Positions 28,080 through 38,234 of a DNA stretch of 64,000 bases are shown here, one piece after another. A program made the position numbers and the translations under genes. Location of the stretch: the NCBI GenBank assembly GCA_944376195.1, contig CALWBW010000004.1, positions 14,313 to 78,312 of the forward strand, read 5' to 3'. This stretch comes from an uncultured Clostridia bacterium (GTDB taxonomy: Bacteria > Bacillota > Clostridia > Oscillospirales > QAMX01). The notes below the pieces were generated by a model, which ran no database searches, was not told the origin of the DNA, and saw only the letters and a program-made list of their open reading frames with translations. Numbering within the stretch: the stretch's first letter is position 1; each line of letters starts with the position of its first letter.

Positions 28080-29000
28080 TCACCGCAGGAAACCCTGAAT
28101 GATGACCTCTTCCGCCTCCTGCTCATCCATACCAAAAGACATCAGTTTCACAAGCTGATCGTTGTTAATACGGCCAATTGCCGCCTCATGGACGATCTGC
28201 GCCTGCGCATGGTTGGCGGCGATTTCCGGGATGGACCGGATTTTCGCCTGATCCATGATAATGGAATCGCATTGAATATGCGCAGCACAGGCACTATTGC
28301 CCACAGCACGCGGGTTAAAAATTTGCTGGGATTGGTCACGCCCGACAGAACGCGACACAATCTGCGCGGAGGAACCCTCCCCATTGAGGTTTACTTCCAT
28401 GTCGGAGCGGGCCAACTGATTGCCATGCGTCATCAGACGCTCCGTGACGATAATTTTCGCACCCTGCGCCAAATTGGCCGTCGTATTACGAATGGTGGAA
28501 TCTACGCCTTTAATCTGTACGGTTTCCAGTTCGCAGACGGCGTTTTCCTCCAGTTCTAAAATGGTTGTCGGGTTCATAATACGCTCGCCGCGCCCATCGC
28601 CCTCACCATAGTGCTTTTCTACATACTTCACATGTGCGTTCTTTCCAATAAAGAAACGATGAATCCCATCGTGCTCGCTCTTATCGTCCCCGGCATTATG
28701 AATACCGCATCCCGCGACAATCAAAACATCCGCATCCTCGCCGATGTGGAAATCGTTATACACCGTCTCCGTAATTCCGGCCTCTGTAATAATCACCGGG
28801 ATATGCACGCTTTCATTCTTTGTCCCGGGTTTGATATAGACATCAATGCCGGGCTTGTCTTCTTTTGTGGTAATCACAATATGTTCCGTCGAGTGCCGGC
28901 CTGCCCCTTCGCTGTTTTTTCGAATATTATAAGCGCCAGCGGGGATTTCATGCAGCCCGGCTATCTGCTCCAGCAATTCAAAATCCATTTTGGAAATCAT
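28080..29000 (-). CDS. SufB/SufD-family Fe-S scaffold (SmsB-like)
   Basis: Beta-helix-type repeats; HIQCDSII, HEAAIG, LMSFGMDEQEA. Confidence 0.85.
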   Translation of the reverse strand: MISKMDFELLEQIAGLHEIPAGAYNIRKNSEGAGRHSTEHIVITTKEDKPGIDVYIKPGTKNESVHIPVIITEAGITETVYNDFHIGEDADVLIVAGCGIHNAGDDKSEHDGIHRFFIGKNAHVKYVEKHYGEGDGRGERIMNPTTILELEENAVCELETVQIKGVDSTIRNTTANLAQGAKIIVTERLMTHGNQLARSDMEVNLNGEGSSAQIVSRSVGRDQSQQIFNPRAVGNSACAAHIQCDSIIMDQAKIRSIPEIAANHAQAQIVHEAAIGRINNDQLVKLMSFGMDEQEAEEVIIQGFLR

Positions 29001-29728
29001 TTTGCCGCCCCCTTAAAATCACATTCACACGCAAATTCTCCGAGCAGTGTCGGTAAAATCTCGTTGCGCGGCCCATCTGACCGGATCCGGCCATGGTCAA
29101 TCACCACAATCCGGTCGGCCAGCATCATAATCCGCTCCTGATGGGAGATAATCATCATGCTGTTTTCGCCTTTTTCATGCAGTTTTTGAAACGTATCCAC
29201 CAACATGGCGAAACTCCAGAGGTCAATCCCTGCTTCCGGTTCATCAAAAATCGCAAGCGCCGGATTGCGCGCCATCAGCGTCGCAATCTCAATCCGTTTC
29301 ACCTCGCCGCCGGAAAGAGACGAGTCCAATTCCCGGTTTAAATAGTCCTTGGAGCAAAGCCCTACATCCGTTAAATACTGGCAACAGGCATCCTCCGGAA
29401 GCGCACTGCCGTAAGCCAAGCTCAAAAGCTTCCGCACCGTCAGCCCTTTGAACCGTGGCGGCTGCTGAAACGCATAGCCTACGCCCAAGCGAGCGCGTTC
29501 CGTGACGCTCAGATGGGTAATATCCTGTCCGTTCCATAAAATCGTTCCGTCCGTTGGCTGCTCAATTCCCATGACCAGACGTGCAAGCGTACTCTTTCCG
29601 CCGCCATTCGGGCCGGTTACAACAACAAATTCCCCATCTTCCACCTTTAGGCTGACGTTATCGATAATTTCAAGTTCCTGTCCGGCGTCGCCGTCAACGC
29701 GGAAACTTAAATCCTTTATTTCTAGCAT
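28997..29728 (-). CDS. SufC-like ABC ATPase (SmsC-like)
   Basis: GPNGGGKST, LSGGEVKRIE, FDEPEAGID; coupled to the sufB-like gene. Confidence 0.88.
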   Translation of the reverse strand: MLEIKDLSFRVDGDAGQELEIIDNVSLKVEDGEFVVVTGPNGGGKSTLARLVMGIEQPTDGTILWNGQDITHLSVTERARLGVGYAFQQPPRFKGLTVRKLLSLAYGSALPEDACCQYLTDVGLCSKDYLNRELDSSLSGGEVKRIEIATLMARNPALAIFDEPEAGIDLWSFAMLVDTFQKLHEKGENSMMIISHQERIMMLADRIVVIDHGRIRSDGPRNEILPTLLGEFACECDFKGAAK

Positions 29729-29815
29729 CTCAGGTTCCTCTCCCTGTCTGTCTTATTCTATGGTTAAACTATATCATTTTCGTGTACATTTGTCAAGAGT
29801 GAAATCCTATTAATT

Positions 29816-31651
29816 TTATAGGTTTTCTTGCAAAGGCCGCTCCGGCGCATCCACATATCCATTTTCGATCAGAGCGATCAAAGTCAAAAGCCCTCCCCAA
29901 TGATAAAACTTATCGCTTCTCGGGTTGGGACAGCCCCACCCGTCGTCGCTGGAGTAATTTTCATGAATATGCCCAAATTTCCGCCACTCCTGCAAGATCA
30001 GCGCAACTGACTTTTCCGAAAGGTCTCGGCATACTTCCCCCGCTCCCATACGACGGAAGGCCAGATACGCCAAAAAATTCGTTGGTGCCCAGATCCTGCC
30101 GCGCCAATACATTTGATCCGCATACGCCGGGTCGTTGCGGGCAATCGTGGGGATGACGAATTCCCCGTAAAATTCCGCCGGGTCAAAATAGTGGGCGCAC
30201 AGACTTGCTGCCTGCTCTTTCGTCACGGAGGGGCAGAAGCCTGCGTAAAAGTTCGTCGGTCCGATACGGTGCGACAACGCGCCGGTGATAAGATCCCGGT
30301 TTAAAAACATCCCGCTTTCCGCATCCCAAAGCGTCTGCATTCCCTGGTCGGCGCGGCGTCCGCGGTCCTCAATTTCTTCCCGCTCCGGACGGCCCAATAT
30401 CCGCGCAATATCCGCCAGCGCCTCACAATCCATACAGTAAAGGCCCGTCAGGCCCACATCCGCCAGCTGCATCAGACCCGTTTCCGCATCAAACGCGATG
30501 CCGTCGAACATCGGGGAATTGTCCAGCCCGGATTCATATTCCGCCGCCTGATGGTTATTGACGTCATGGAGGGCAAAGGGCTGCGGTACAGCATCCGACC
30601 CCCAGCACATCGTGCCGTTTTCAAGCATGCGATTTTCCGCAAACCAGCGATTCCAGGAAAGCAACGCGTCAAAGCTCTCCTCAAGAATCCATTTTTCCCC
30701 ATAACGCCGGTAAAGTTCCCGGAACGTCATGGCTCCCACCGGTGGTTGGGAGCGGTCCCGGCTCTTATAATCCCCTGCCGCGCCGAAATTCGGAATAAAC
30801 CCCCGCTCCGTCGCTTCATTTGTAATGGCGAACGCATTGGCATACGCCAGTTCACGCGATTCCGGAGCAGCCATCAGCGCACAGAAATACGTATCCCAGT
30901 CAAACAGTACATACCCGCCCCAATTGACGTTCCAAATCCGGCTGACTGGAGAACACAGCCGCCGATGTTCGGGTTCATAAATGGTGTTCCAGGCATAACC
31001 GGTACGCATAGCCGTATAAGCTTCAGCAAGGGCGCCATATTTTTCTGTGCTCTTCTTTGCCGCCGCATATGCGTCAGACAAAATCTTGCGTGCTTCCTCC
31101 ACGGTTACCGGACGGCCTGTTGAAACCGCAACCGGCGCGTTCAAATCCGCGGCGCGCACTACGCCAAACCCACCCAGATGCAGTTCGCGCGTGTCGGAGT
31201 CCGTCATAAATACCCGGATTGTCCCACTGTCGGTTACGCCTTCCACGCAGTCCTGCCGCAGATAAGCCGCGCCCGGCCGGTTCCAAAGGAATCCGCATTC
31301 CAGAAAGAGGATCAGTTGCCGGCAAGCATCATTTTTCGGTTCAATTAAAACAACCTGTTCCCGTCCCTGGGCGCTGGACCGAATATCCAGTTTTGCGCCG
31401 CGGTACTCCAGTTCCAGCTGCGTATAAGAGCCGTCCACGGTACGCAGTCCCGGATGAATGTGCTCTTCCTTTTCTCCAAATCGGCCAATTAACGCGTTTC
31501 GCAGTACACTCTTATCGACACGGTGTTTCAATCCCAGCCGAATTGCAAACCCTTCCGGCAACAGAACGTGCGACAGTACGGAATACGTATCAAATGTGTT
31601 AAAACCACACAACATTTCTTCACGCAACAAATCGTAATTCATCCGGTACAC
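29816..31651 (-). CDS. GH63/trehalase-like (alpha/alpha)6 glycoside hydrolase
   Basis: FDWDTYF, RSQPP, ESGLDNSP, YWRGRIW, ENY motifs. Confidence 0.82.
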   Translation of the reverse strand: MYRMNYDLLREEMLCGFNTFDTYSVLSHVLLPEGFAIRLGLKHRVDKSVLRNALIGRFGEKEEHIHPGLRTVDGSYTQLELEYRGAKLDIRSSAQGREQVVLIEPKNDACRQLILFLECGFLWNRPGAAYLRQDCVEGVTDSGTIRVFMTDSDTRELHLGGFGVVRAADLNAPVAVSTGRPVTVEEARKILSDAYAAAKKSTEKYGALAEAYTAMRTGYAWNTIYEPEHRRLCSPVSRIWNVNWGGYVLFDWDTYFCALMAAPESRELAYANAFAITNEATERGFIPNFGAAGDYKSRDRSQPPVGAMTFRELYRRYGEKWILEESFDALLSWNRWFAENRMLENGTMCWGSDAVPQPFALHDVNNHQAAEYESGLDNSPMFDGIAFDAETGLMQLADVGLTGLYCMDCEALADIARILGRPEREEIEDRGRRADQGMQTLWDAESGMFLNRDLITGALSHRIGPTNFYAGFCPSVTKEQAASLCAHYFDPAEFYGEFVIPTIARNDPAYADQMYWRGRIWAPTNFLAYLAFRRMGAGEVCRDLSEKSVALILQEWRKFGHIHENYSSDDGWGCPNPRSDKFYHWGGLLTLIALIENGYVDAPERPLQENL

Positions 31652-31832
31652 CCCCGCTCATTCAAGGCCTAACAAGTTCTGATTTTTATCTTTTTTATTA
31701 TATCCTTCCCCGGATAGAAAATCCAGTGTTTTCTTGCTCGCGCCGTTTCCGTAAAATTGCTTTCTGGGAATCCGTACTATGGCAGCGGACAGGCGCATAT
31801 ACATGGGACAAATCACATGAGAGGTGCCTGCT

Positions 31833-32447
31833 ATGAATCAAATCAAGCTCTGCGGCGATCTTGAGGCCATGCCCATTCTTTCCCACGTGAATCATAATCG
31901 TGAATTTTTAAGCTTCCCCCTTGCCATCCAACGACTCTCCGGTACTTACGACACAATCCGCGTCATCGCTCCTTCCAATCTCTGTACGGGGCTTTCTCCC
32001 CACGCCACACTTTGTTTGTCAGGTGAATTGCGTTCCTATAATGACCGTGCGGCAGAACACAACCGCTTAAAGATCAGTGCGTGGGCCCGGGAAATTACGG
32101 TGAGCGCGGCGGAACACACCAACACCGTCCATTTAATTGGAGCGTTATGTAAACCAGCCGTTTACCGGCGCACACCATTTGGCCGGGAAATTGCCGATAT
32201 GATGCTCTGTGTGGAACGCGATTACGCGACGGGCACCATTCATCGCTGCGACTATATCCCCTGCATTGCCTGGGGCAGCGTCGCACGTTTATGTGCTTCC
32301 CTGCCGCCCAAAAGTATCATTGAGCTGGAAGGACGAATCCAGAGCCGCAATTATATGAAGGTCATTGACGGCAAAGCGGTGGAACGTACCGCATATGAAG
32401 TATCCATTGCAACAGCAACTGTACTAGAACTGGGAGCATGTCCGTAA
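31833..32447 (+). CDS. Single-stranded DNA-binding protein with two OB folds
   Basis: RLSGTYD, GELRSYN; RRTPFGREIAD, DYIPCIAWG, GRIQSRNY, AYEVS. Confidence 0.85.
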   Translation: MNQIKLCGDLEAMPILSHVNHNREFLSFPLAIQRLSGTYDTIRVIAPSNLCTGLSPHATLCLSGELRSYNDRAAEHNRLKISAWAREITVSAAEHTNTVHLIGALCKPAVYRRTPFGREIADMMLCVERDYATGTIHRCDYIPCIAWGSVARLCASLPPKSIIELEGRIQSRNYMKVIDGKAVERTAYEVSIATATVLELGACP

Positions 32448-32477
32448 CCCTTCCTCACACTTTTTTCCAAAACGAGC

Positions 32478-32508
32478 AACCGCCCGTCCGAATTCGGACG
32501 GGCGGTTT
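32478..32508. terminator. Terminator between ssb and the kinase gene
   Basis: AACCGCCCGTCCGA-at-TCGGACGGGCGGTTT. Confidence 0.75.
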
Positions 32509-32523
32509 GTTTGCAAGTTACGC

Positions 32524-33846
32524 TTACCGGTTCTGATAATATTTGACCAATTCCACATTCCCCAAAATGGGACAATCGTCCACCACTTCAAACTCATAAC
32601 CCGGGATTTCATGTTTTTTCAATTTGATGTAGGACGGCGTTGCCATGCCACCGGAAATCTTAATCACAGGCGAGAGCTTCTGTACCGCCGCTGCCTGGTC
32701 GATTGCCTTCTTCAGAACGCCCTGCATACTGCGCAGCATGGAGGCAAGCATCTTATCACGGGTTGCCTCCAGTGTCAGGCCGTGCCAGGCGCCGGTTTTC
32801 TTTTCCAGGCTCTGCCGGTCGCCGGTCATATAGGGATCAAATGTGACGCTGTAGTCATCCATGCACTGTTCGATCACGTCATCAACATATTTATAAAATT
32901 CTTTTTTGGTCATCTCGCGGCAAAGCTGATCGTAGAACCAGTCAATGGCGAACCCACCCGCCGTTGTGGCATAAATCTGCCAAATTCCCGGAAGCGCGGA
33001 ATTTCGCAGATAATATTCCGCGTTCACCGCCGGTTTGTCGGTCAGGATACTGACCATTTCGCTGGAACCCGTCGTATTCATCATCTCTCCGGCGCGGGCA
33101 TTATGCGCACCCATCTGCGCAGCGGCAACATCGTTCGTTCCGACCGCGACCGGAATACCGGCGCGTACGCCGAGTTTTTCCGCCATAGCTGGCAGCAGGG
33201 AGCCATGCCGGGTTCCGGGGTTGTAAATTTCTCCGAAAAGCGAACGCTCCAAACCAAACGCACGAATCAGTTCGTCGGACCAGCCCTTCTGCGTCGTCGT
33301 TTCATAAAGGCCCATCATGGAGGCGTTCACGAGGTCTACCATCCACTCGCCGGTGAGCTGTTTGTGGATGTACGTCGGCAGGTGCCCCACCCGATAGGCT
33401 GTCCGGTAAACATCCGGTTCATTCTGCAAAAACCAGATATAGGTCATGGCAGAACAACCGCCGGGGAACGGATAAATTCCGGAAATGTTCATATAGTGGT
33501 CTTTCCCAACCACATTGTCAATAAAGGCTGTCTGAGGACGGCTGCGGCGGTCCATATGCGTAATAATGTTTTGATAGACCAAATCACCGTCACGATCCAG
33601 GATCACGGGCGACGGGGAGAACGTGTCATAACAAAGGTATTCCACCTGTTGCCGCAATTCGGGATCCAGCTTTTCGGCCGCGGTGAAAAGCGCGCGCCAA
33701 AGCTCGTCCTTACTCATCTCCACCTTTTCCCCCGGGAGCAGGATATAGGGATAATTCTCCTTTGCCCAGCAGCGGGTCTGGCCGTTTTCATCTACAATGC
33801 TGAGTTTTACTGCCGATGTGCCAAAGTCGATAGACAGAAATAACAT
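32524..33846 (-). CDS. FGGY-family carbohydrate kinase
   Basis: SIDFGTSAVK, DRRS, GTNDVAAAQ, TTGSS, PYMTGDR, ISGG. Confidence 0.88.
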   Translation of the reverse strand: MLFLSIDFGTSAVKLSIVDENGQTRCWAKENYPYILLPGEKVEMSKDELWRALFTAAEKLDPELRQQVEYLCYDTFSPSPVILDRDGDLVYQNIITHMDRRSRPQTAFIDNVVGKDHYMNISGIYPFPGGCSAMTYIWFLQNEPDVYRTAYRVGHLPTYIHKQLTGEWMVDLVNASMMGLYETTTQKGWSDELIRAFGLERSLFGEIYNPGTRHGSLLPAMAEKLGVRAGIPVAVGTNDVAAAQMGAHNARAGEMMNTTGSSEMVSILTDKPAVNAEYYLRNSALPGIWQIYATTAGGFAIDWFYDQLCREMTKKEFYKYVDDVIEQCMDDYSVTFDPYMTGDRQSLEKKTGAWHGLTLEATRDKMLASMLRSMQGVLKKAIDQAAAVQKLSPVIKISGGMATPSYIKLKKHEIPGYEFEVVDDCPILGNVELVKYYQNR

Positions 33847-34003
33847 AGATTCCCTCCTTGGCGGATGCACGCGCCGCCTCTATTCTCCTCTTAATGATAA
33901 CAACCTTTTCAAGTGCTGTCAATCAATATCGGCAGGGAATCCCAATTTTGCAGGAAGTGTCCTGTCTCACCTGCAAAAAAATAATAAAATTGTGTTAACT
34001 CTC

Positions 34004-34053
34004 TTTACAAAGCGAAAAGCTTGTGGTATTATGAATGTACTTGTATATACAGG
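34004..34053 (+). promoter_or_regulatory. sigmaA promoter with a downstream GntR/HutC-like palindrome
   Basis: TTTACA-17-TATTAT (TG extension), then the TGTATATACA palindrome at 34042-34051. Confidence 0.6.
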
Positions 34054-34116
34054 ATAGTCGTGTTCCCATGCGAACCCGATGGAAACTGTGAGAATTAGGG
34101 GTATGGAGGGATTTTT

Positions 34117-34563
34117 ATGAAAATAGCATTTGGATGCGATCCCAACGCGACAGATTTTAAAGCTGCTTTGATTGCGCATGTCAAAGCAAAAGGTCATGAA
34201 TGCGTTGATTTTGGCAGTGATGACCCGGTTTATGCCAACGTTGCCATCGAAGTAGCGACTGAAGTGGCCGCCGGAAAGTTTGACCGCGGTATTCTCGTCT
34301 GCGGCACCGGCATCGGCGTCTGCATCGCGGCGAATAAGGTAAAGGGCGCTTACGCAGCTCTTGTCAATAATGTTTATCAGGCTCAGCGCGCACAGCTTTC
34401 CAATAACGCCAATATTATTACGATGGGTGCGCAGGTTACCGGCATTGAAGTGGCAAAAATGATGGTCGACGAGTATTTAAGCTGCACGTTTGACCCGAAA
34501 TCCCGTTCCATGCCGAAGGTTCAGCGTATCTACGATTATGAGAAGGAGGCTTCTCAATCGTGA
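34117..34563 (+). CDS. RpiB/LacAB-family sugar-phosphate isomerase (DerI-like)
   Basis: CGTGIG..ANKVKG; variant motifs GCDPNA and RAQLSNNAN. Confidence 0.85.
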   Translation: MKIAFGCDPNATDFKAALIAHVKAKGHECVDFGSDDPVYANVAIEVATEVAAGKFDRGILVCGTGIGVCIAANKVKGAYAALVNNVYQAQRAQLSNNANIITMGAQVTGIEVAKMMVDEYLSCTFDPKSRSMPKVQRIYDYEKEASQS

Positions 34564-35423
34564 CCAGACAGGGCATAAAAGAACTGGAACTCACAGCCGC
34601 AAAGTGCCGTAGAAATGTTCTGCGTATGGTGGAAGCCAGTCACCATGGTCATCTGGGCGGCGCGATGTCCTGCCTGGACATTGTCACCGCGCTGTACTTC
34701 TATCAGATGAAGATTCGTCCGGAAGATCCCAAATGGGCGGACCGCGACCGTTTCCTTTTATCTGCGGGACACAAGTGCATGGTACAATATGCCGTATTGG
34801 CAGAGCGCGGCTATTTTGATAAATCCGTTTTGGATACGTACGGCGCTTTGAAGACCAAAATACCGGGACATCCCGATATGCACAAACTTCCCGGTGTAGA
34901 GGCAAATACCGGCGCGCTCGGGCATGGGCTTTCCATCGCCTCCGGTATGGCGCTGGCGCTTCGCGCTGAAGGAAAAGACTCCAAAGTTTACGTTGTCATG
35001 GGCGACGGAGAACTGGCGGAAGGTTCCAACTGGGAAGCTGCTGCAGTTGCCGCGCACTATGGACTTGACAATCTTGTTGTGTTTGTGGACTTCAATGGTC
35101 TTCAGATCAGCGGAAAAGTGCAGGATATTATGGATTTTACGCCGATTTCCGAGCATTTTGCCGCATTTGGTTGGGCCGTACGTGATATTGACGGCAACAA
35201 CATGGAAGACGTGGTGGCAACACTCGATTCCCTTCCGCTGGAAAAAGGAAAGCCGAATCTGATCGTTGCGCACACGGTAAAGAGTAAGGGCATTTCCTTT
35301 GCAGAAAACAAAGCAGCCTATCACTATTGGACGCCGAAGGCCGATGAGCTTACGCAGGCGATCAATGAAGTGGAAGCCAGCATTGCTACACTGGAAAAAG
35401 AAGTAAAGGAGGCGGCAGAATGA
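34560..35423 (+). CDS. Transketolase, N-terminal subunit (second copy)
   Basis: GHLGG, DRFLLSAGH, PGHP, GDGELAEGSNWE. Confidence 0.92.
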   Translation: MTRQGIKELELTAAKCRRNVLRMVEASHHGHLGGAMSCLDIVTALYFYQMKIRPEDPKWADRDRFLLSAGHKCMVQYAVLAERGYFDKSVLDTYGALKTKIPGHPDMHKLPGVEANTGALGHGLSIASGMALALRAEGKDSKVYVVMGDGELAEGSNWEAAAVAAHYGLDNLVVFVDFNGLQISGKVQDIMDFTPISEHFAAFGWAVRDIDGNNMEDVVATLDSLPLEKGKPNLIVAHTVKSKGISFAENKAAYHYWTPKADELTQAINEVEASIATLEKEVKEAAE

Positions 35424-36358
35424 AAGGCGAAATGAAAGACCCGAGAAAAGCTTTTGGTAAAGCCGTTTCCGATATCGCGGAAAACGACGAACGTATTTAT
35501 GTCCTTTCTGCCGACAGCGGCGGAAGTTCCGGATTTAAGGAGTTTGCCGCGGCGCATCCGGACCGTTATTTTGAGTTCGGCATTATGGAACAGGGTGTGA
35601 CGGGCATTGCGTCCGGCATGGCGACAACCGGGAAAATTCCGGTGTTCTGTGCCATCGCGCCGTTTGTCACCTGCCGTAACTATGAAATGTTCCGCAATGA
35701 CCTGGGTTACATGCGTCAGAATGTTAAAATTGTCGGCCGTAACGGTGGTTTTACATACTCAGACCTTGGCGCAACGCACCACTCTTTAGAGGATTACGCC
35801 ATCATGCGTATGATCCCGGGCGTCGTGGTGCTGGCGCCGCAGTCGCCGGATGAAATTCGCGGTGCTGCAAAGGCTATGCTGGAGCATGAAGGGCCGGTTT
35901 ACATGCGTATTGGTAACCCGCCTATCCCGGAGCTTTATGACGGTGAACGGGAATTTGTCATCGGGAAAGGCCAGCTTTTGCGGGATGGCACTGATCTGAC
36001 GATCATCTCCACCGGCAGCACAACGGTTGAGACTTTAAAGGCAGCTGAGACACTGGCGGAAAAAGGTGTTTCCGTGATGGTCATCGGTATGCCGACAGTT
36101 TGTCCGATTGACGAAGAGCTGGTCCTGATGGCCGCAAAGAAGACCGGCCGCATTATGACTGTTGAGGAGCACTACGTCCATGGCGGACTGGGAACCCTGG
36201 TCGCGGAGGTCTGTGCGGAGAATAACCCGGTACCGATCAAAATGCATGGCGTCCCGAAGGAGTATGCCACGTCTGGTCCGTATGACGAGTTGCTGCATTA
36301 TTATAAACTTGATGCCGAAGGTATCGAGGAAACCGCATTGGCATTCCTGAAAAAATAG
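35420..36358 (+). CDS. Transketolase, C-terminal subunit (second copy)
   Basis: EFGIMEQ, LGATHH, EEHYVHGGLG. Confidence 0.92.
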   Translation: MKGEMKDPRKAFGKAVSDIAENDERIYVLSADSGGSSGFKEFAAAHPDRYFEFGIMEQGVTGIASGMATTGKIPVFCAIAPFVTCRNYEMFRNDLGYMRQNVKIVGRNGGFTYSDLGATHHSLEDYAIMRMIPGVVVLAPQSPDEIRGAAKAMLEHEGPVYMRIGNPPIPELYDGEREFVIGKGQLLRDGTDLTIISTGSTTVETLKAAETLAEKGVSVMVIGMPTVCPIDEELVLMAAKKTGRIMTVEEHYVHGGLGTLVAEVCAENNPVPIKMHGVPKEYATSGPYDELLHYYKLDAEGIEETALAFLKK

Positions 36359-36428
36359 AAAAAATGGAACCCGCGTACCTAGAAGAGATCATCATACTGA
36401 TATAGAGAGACCATACCAAGAGAAGGGA

Positions 36429-36461
36429 AAAACGGCGGATGCAGTTGGCATCCGCCGTTTT
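36429..36461 (+). terminator. Terminator of the rpiB-transketolase operon
   Basis: AAAACGGCGGATGC..GCATCCGCCGTTTT. Confidence 0.72.
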
Positions 36462-36581
36462 GTTGTACAGGAAATACCGGCTTGTCAAAAATACACCGCT
36501 GCGCAAAACGGACCCCGCGTATGTGTTTTTCGAATGCGAAATTGGGCAGGAAGCAGTGCCGCGGGAGAAAAAAGGAAAGCC

Positions 36582-36610
36582 AAAAGGCCGGGCAAATTGC
36601 CCGGCCTTTT
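36582..36610 (-). terminator. Terminator of glnA-asnB
   Basis: AAAAGGCCGGGCAA-a-TTGCCCGGCCTTTT. Confidence 0.72.
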
Positions 36611-36627
36611 CTCGTATTGTAATTTGT

Positions 36628-38205
36628 TTACACGCCGCTCGCGCCGTAGTTTGACAGTACACGTGCGGAGGGATCGTTGACATCACAGCCTTCCCAATTA
36701 CGGTTCGGCATCCAGAAGTCCACAACCATGCCGGATTGACCGGGATAGTACTTTTCAAAAATTTCGCGGTAAAGCAGGGATTCCTTGGTAAAGGGCTGCG
36801 CGTGGTCGTATTCTACGCAGCGCTCGACAAATTCCTCATCCGAGTAGACCTCTTCCGCGTAGAGCTTCAGATAGTCTACCATGGAGTGTCCCACCGCATC
36901 ACTGAACGCAGCCTTTTCACGCCACAGAATTTCCTCTGGTAAATAGTCGCCCTCAAATGCCTTACGTAGCAGGTATTTTCCCTTCCCATAGGTGTTGAGC
37001 TTCTTTTCCGGATCAACCGACAACACATAAGAAACAAAGTCAAGGTCGCCGAATGGGACGCGGGCCTCCATGGAGTTGGAAGAAATACAGCGGTCAGCCC
37101 GGAGCACATCGTACATATGCAGTTCACTGACGCGTTTGACGGATTCCTCCTGAAAATCCTCCGCAGAAGGCGCAAAGTCGGTATATTTATACCCGAATAG
37201 TTCGTCGGAAATTTCACCGGTCAGGAGCACCCGTACATCGGTCTGTTCGTGAATGGCTTTACAGAGCAAGTACATCCCCATACTCGCACGAATCGTCGTT
37301 ATATCATAGGTACCAAGAATGGAAATCACTCGATCAAGAGAAGAAATCACATCCTCGCGTGTCATGATGATTTCCGTATGCTCGCTGCCGATATAATCGG
37401 CCACTTCGCGGGCATATTTCAAATCAATGGCATCGCCTTCCATCCCGATGGCAAACGTGCGAATCGGTTTTTTCAAAAGTCTGGCGGAAACGGCGCACAC
37501 AAGCGAACTGTCCAACCCACCGCTGAGCAGGAAACCTACCGGCGCATCGGCATCCAGACGTTTTTCAATTCCGGCAACAAGTTTGTCATGAATGTTTTGG
37601 CAAATTTCAGAAAGCGGATCGCGGATTACTTCCGTAACTTCCGTAATATCCCGGTAGCAGACAAACGCACCGTCAGCGTAATAATATCCGGGCGGGAACG
37701 GCAAAATCTCATCCGTAAGGCCTACAAGGTTCGCCGGTTCGCTGGCAAAAAGGATTTTCCCACGCTTGCTGTATCCATAATAGAGCGGTCGAATCCCAAT
37801 CGGGTCACGCGCCGCCACAAACGAACCGCGGCGCGCGTCATAGAGGATCATCGCGAACTCCGCATCCAGCAATCGGAACATATCAAGCCCATACTCCTCA
37901 TAAAGTGGAAGAAGAATTTCGCAGTCCGACTCGCTTGTAAACGTGTATTTGCGGGCAAGCGCGTCCTTTATCGGCCTAAAACCGTAAATTTCGCCGTTAC
38001 AGACACAATAGTTTCCATTTAATTCGAAGGGTTGCATACCCTCCTCGTGCAGTCCCATAATGGCAAGACGGTGGAAACCCATCAGCCCGGCGCCGGTTTC
38101 GATCACTCTGGTCATATCAGGACCGCGATATTTGGTGCGGTCGAAACAGGTTTGAAAGGTATCTTTTGCAATACCCCGGTCAGAAAATCCGATAATTGAA
38201 CACAT
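36628..38205 (-). CDS. asnB: Asparagine synthase (glutamine-hydrolysing)
   Basis: N-terminal Cys (MCSI), RGPD, HRLAI, NGEIY, LSGGLDSS, EARVPF. Confidence 0.94.
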   Translation of the reverse strand: MCSIIGFSDRGIAKDTFQTCFDRTKYRGPDMTRVIETGAGLMGFHRLAIMGLHEEGMQPFELNGNYCVCNGEIYGFRPIKDALARKYTFTSESDCEILLPLYEEYGLDMFRLLDAEFAMILYDARRGSFVAARDPIGIRPLYYGYSKRGKILFASEPANLVGLTDEILPFPPGYYYADGAFVCYRDITEVTEVIRDPLSEICQNIHDKLVAGIEKRLDADAPVGFLLSGGLDSSLVCAVSARLLKKPIRTFAIGMEGDAIDLKYAREVADYIGSEHTEIIMTREDVISSLDRVISILGTYDITTIRASMGMYLLCKAIHEQTDVRVLLTGEISDELFGYKYTDFAPSAEDFQEESVKRVSELHMYDVLRADRCISSNSMEARVPFGDLDFVSYVLSVDPEKKLNTYGKGKYLLRKAFEGDYLPEEILWREKAAFSDAVGHSMVDYLKLYAEEVYSDEEFVERCVEYDHAQPFTKESLLYREIFEKYYPGQSGMVVDFWMPNRNWEGCDVNDPSARVLSNYGASGV

Positions 38206-38234
38206 AAGCTTACCTCATCTTTTAAAAGGCCCCC

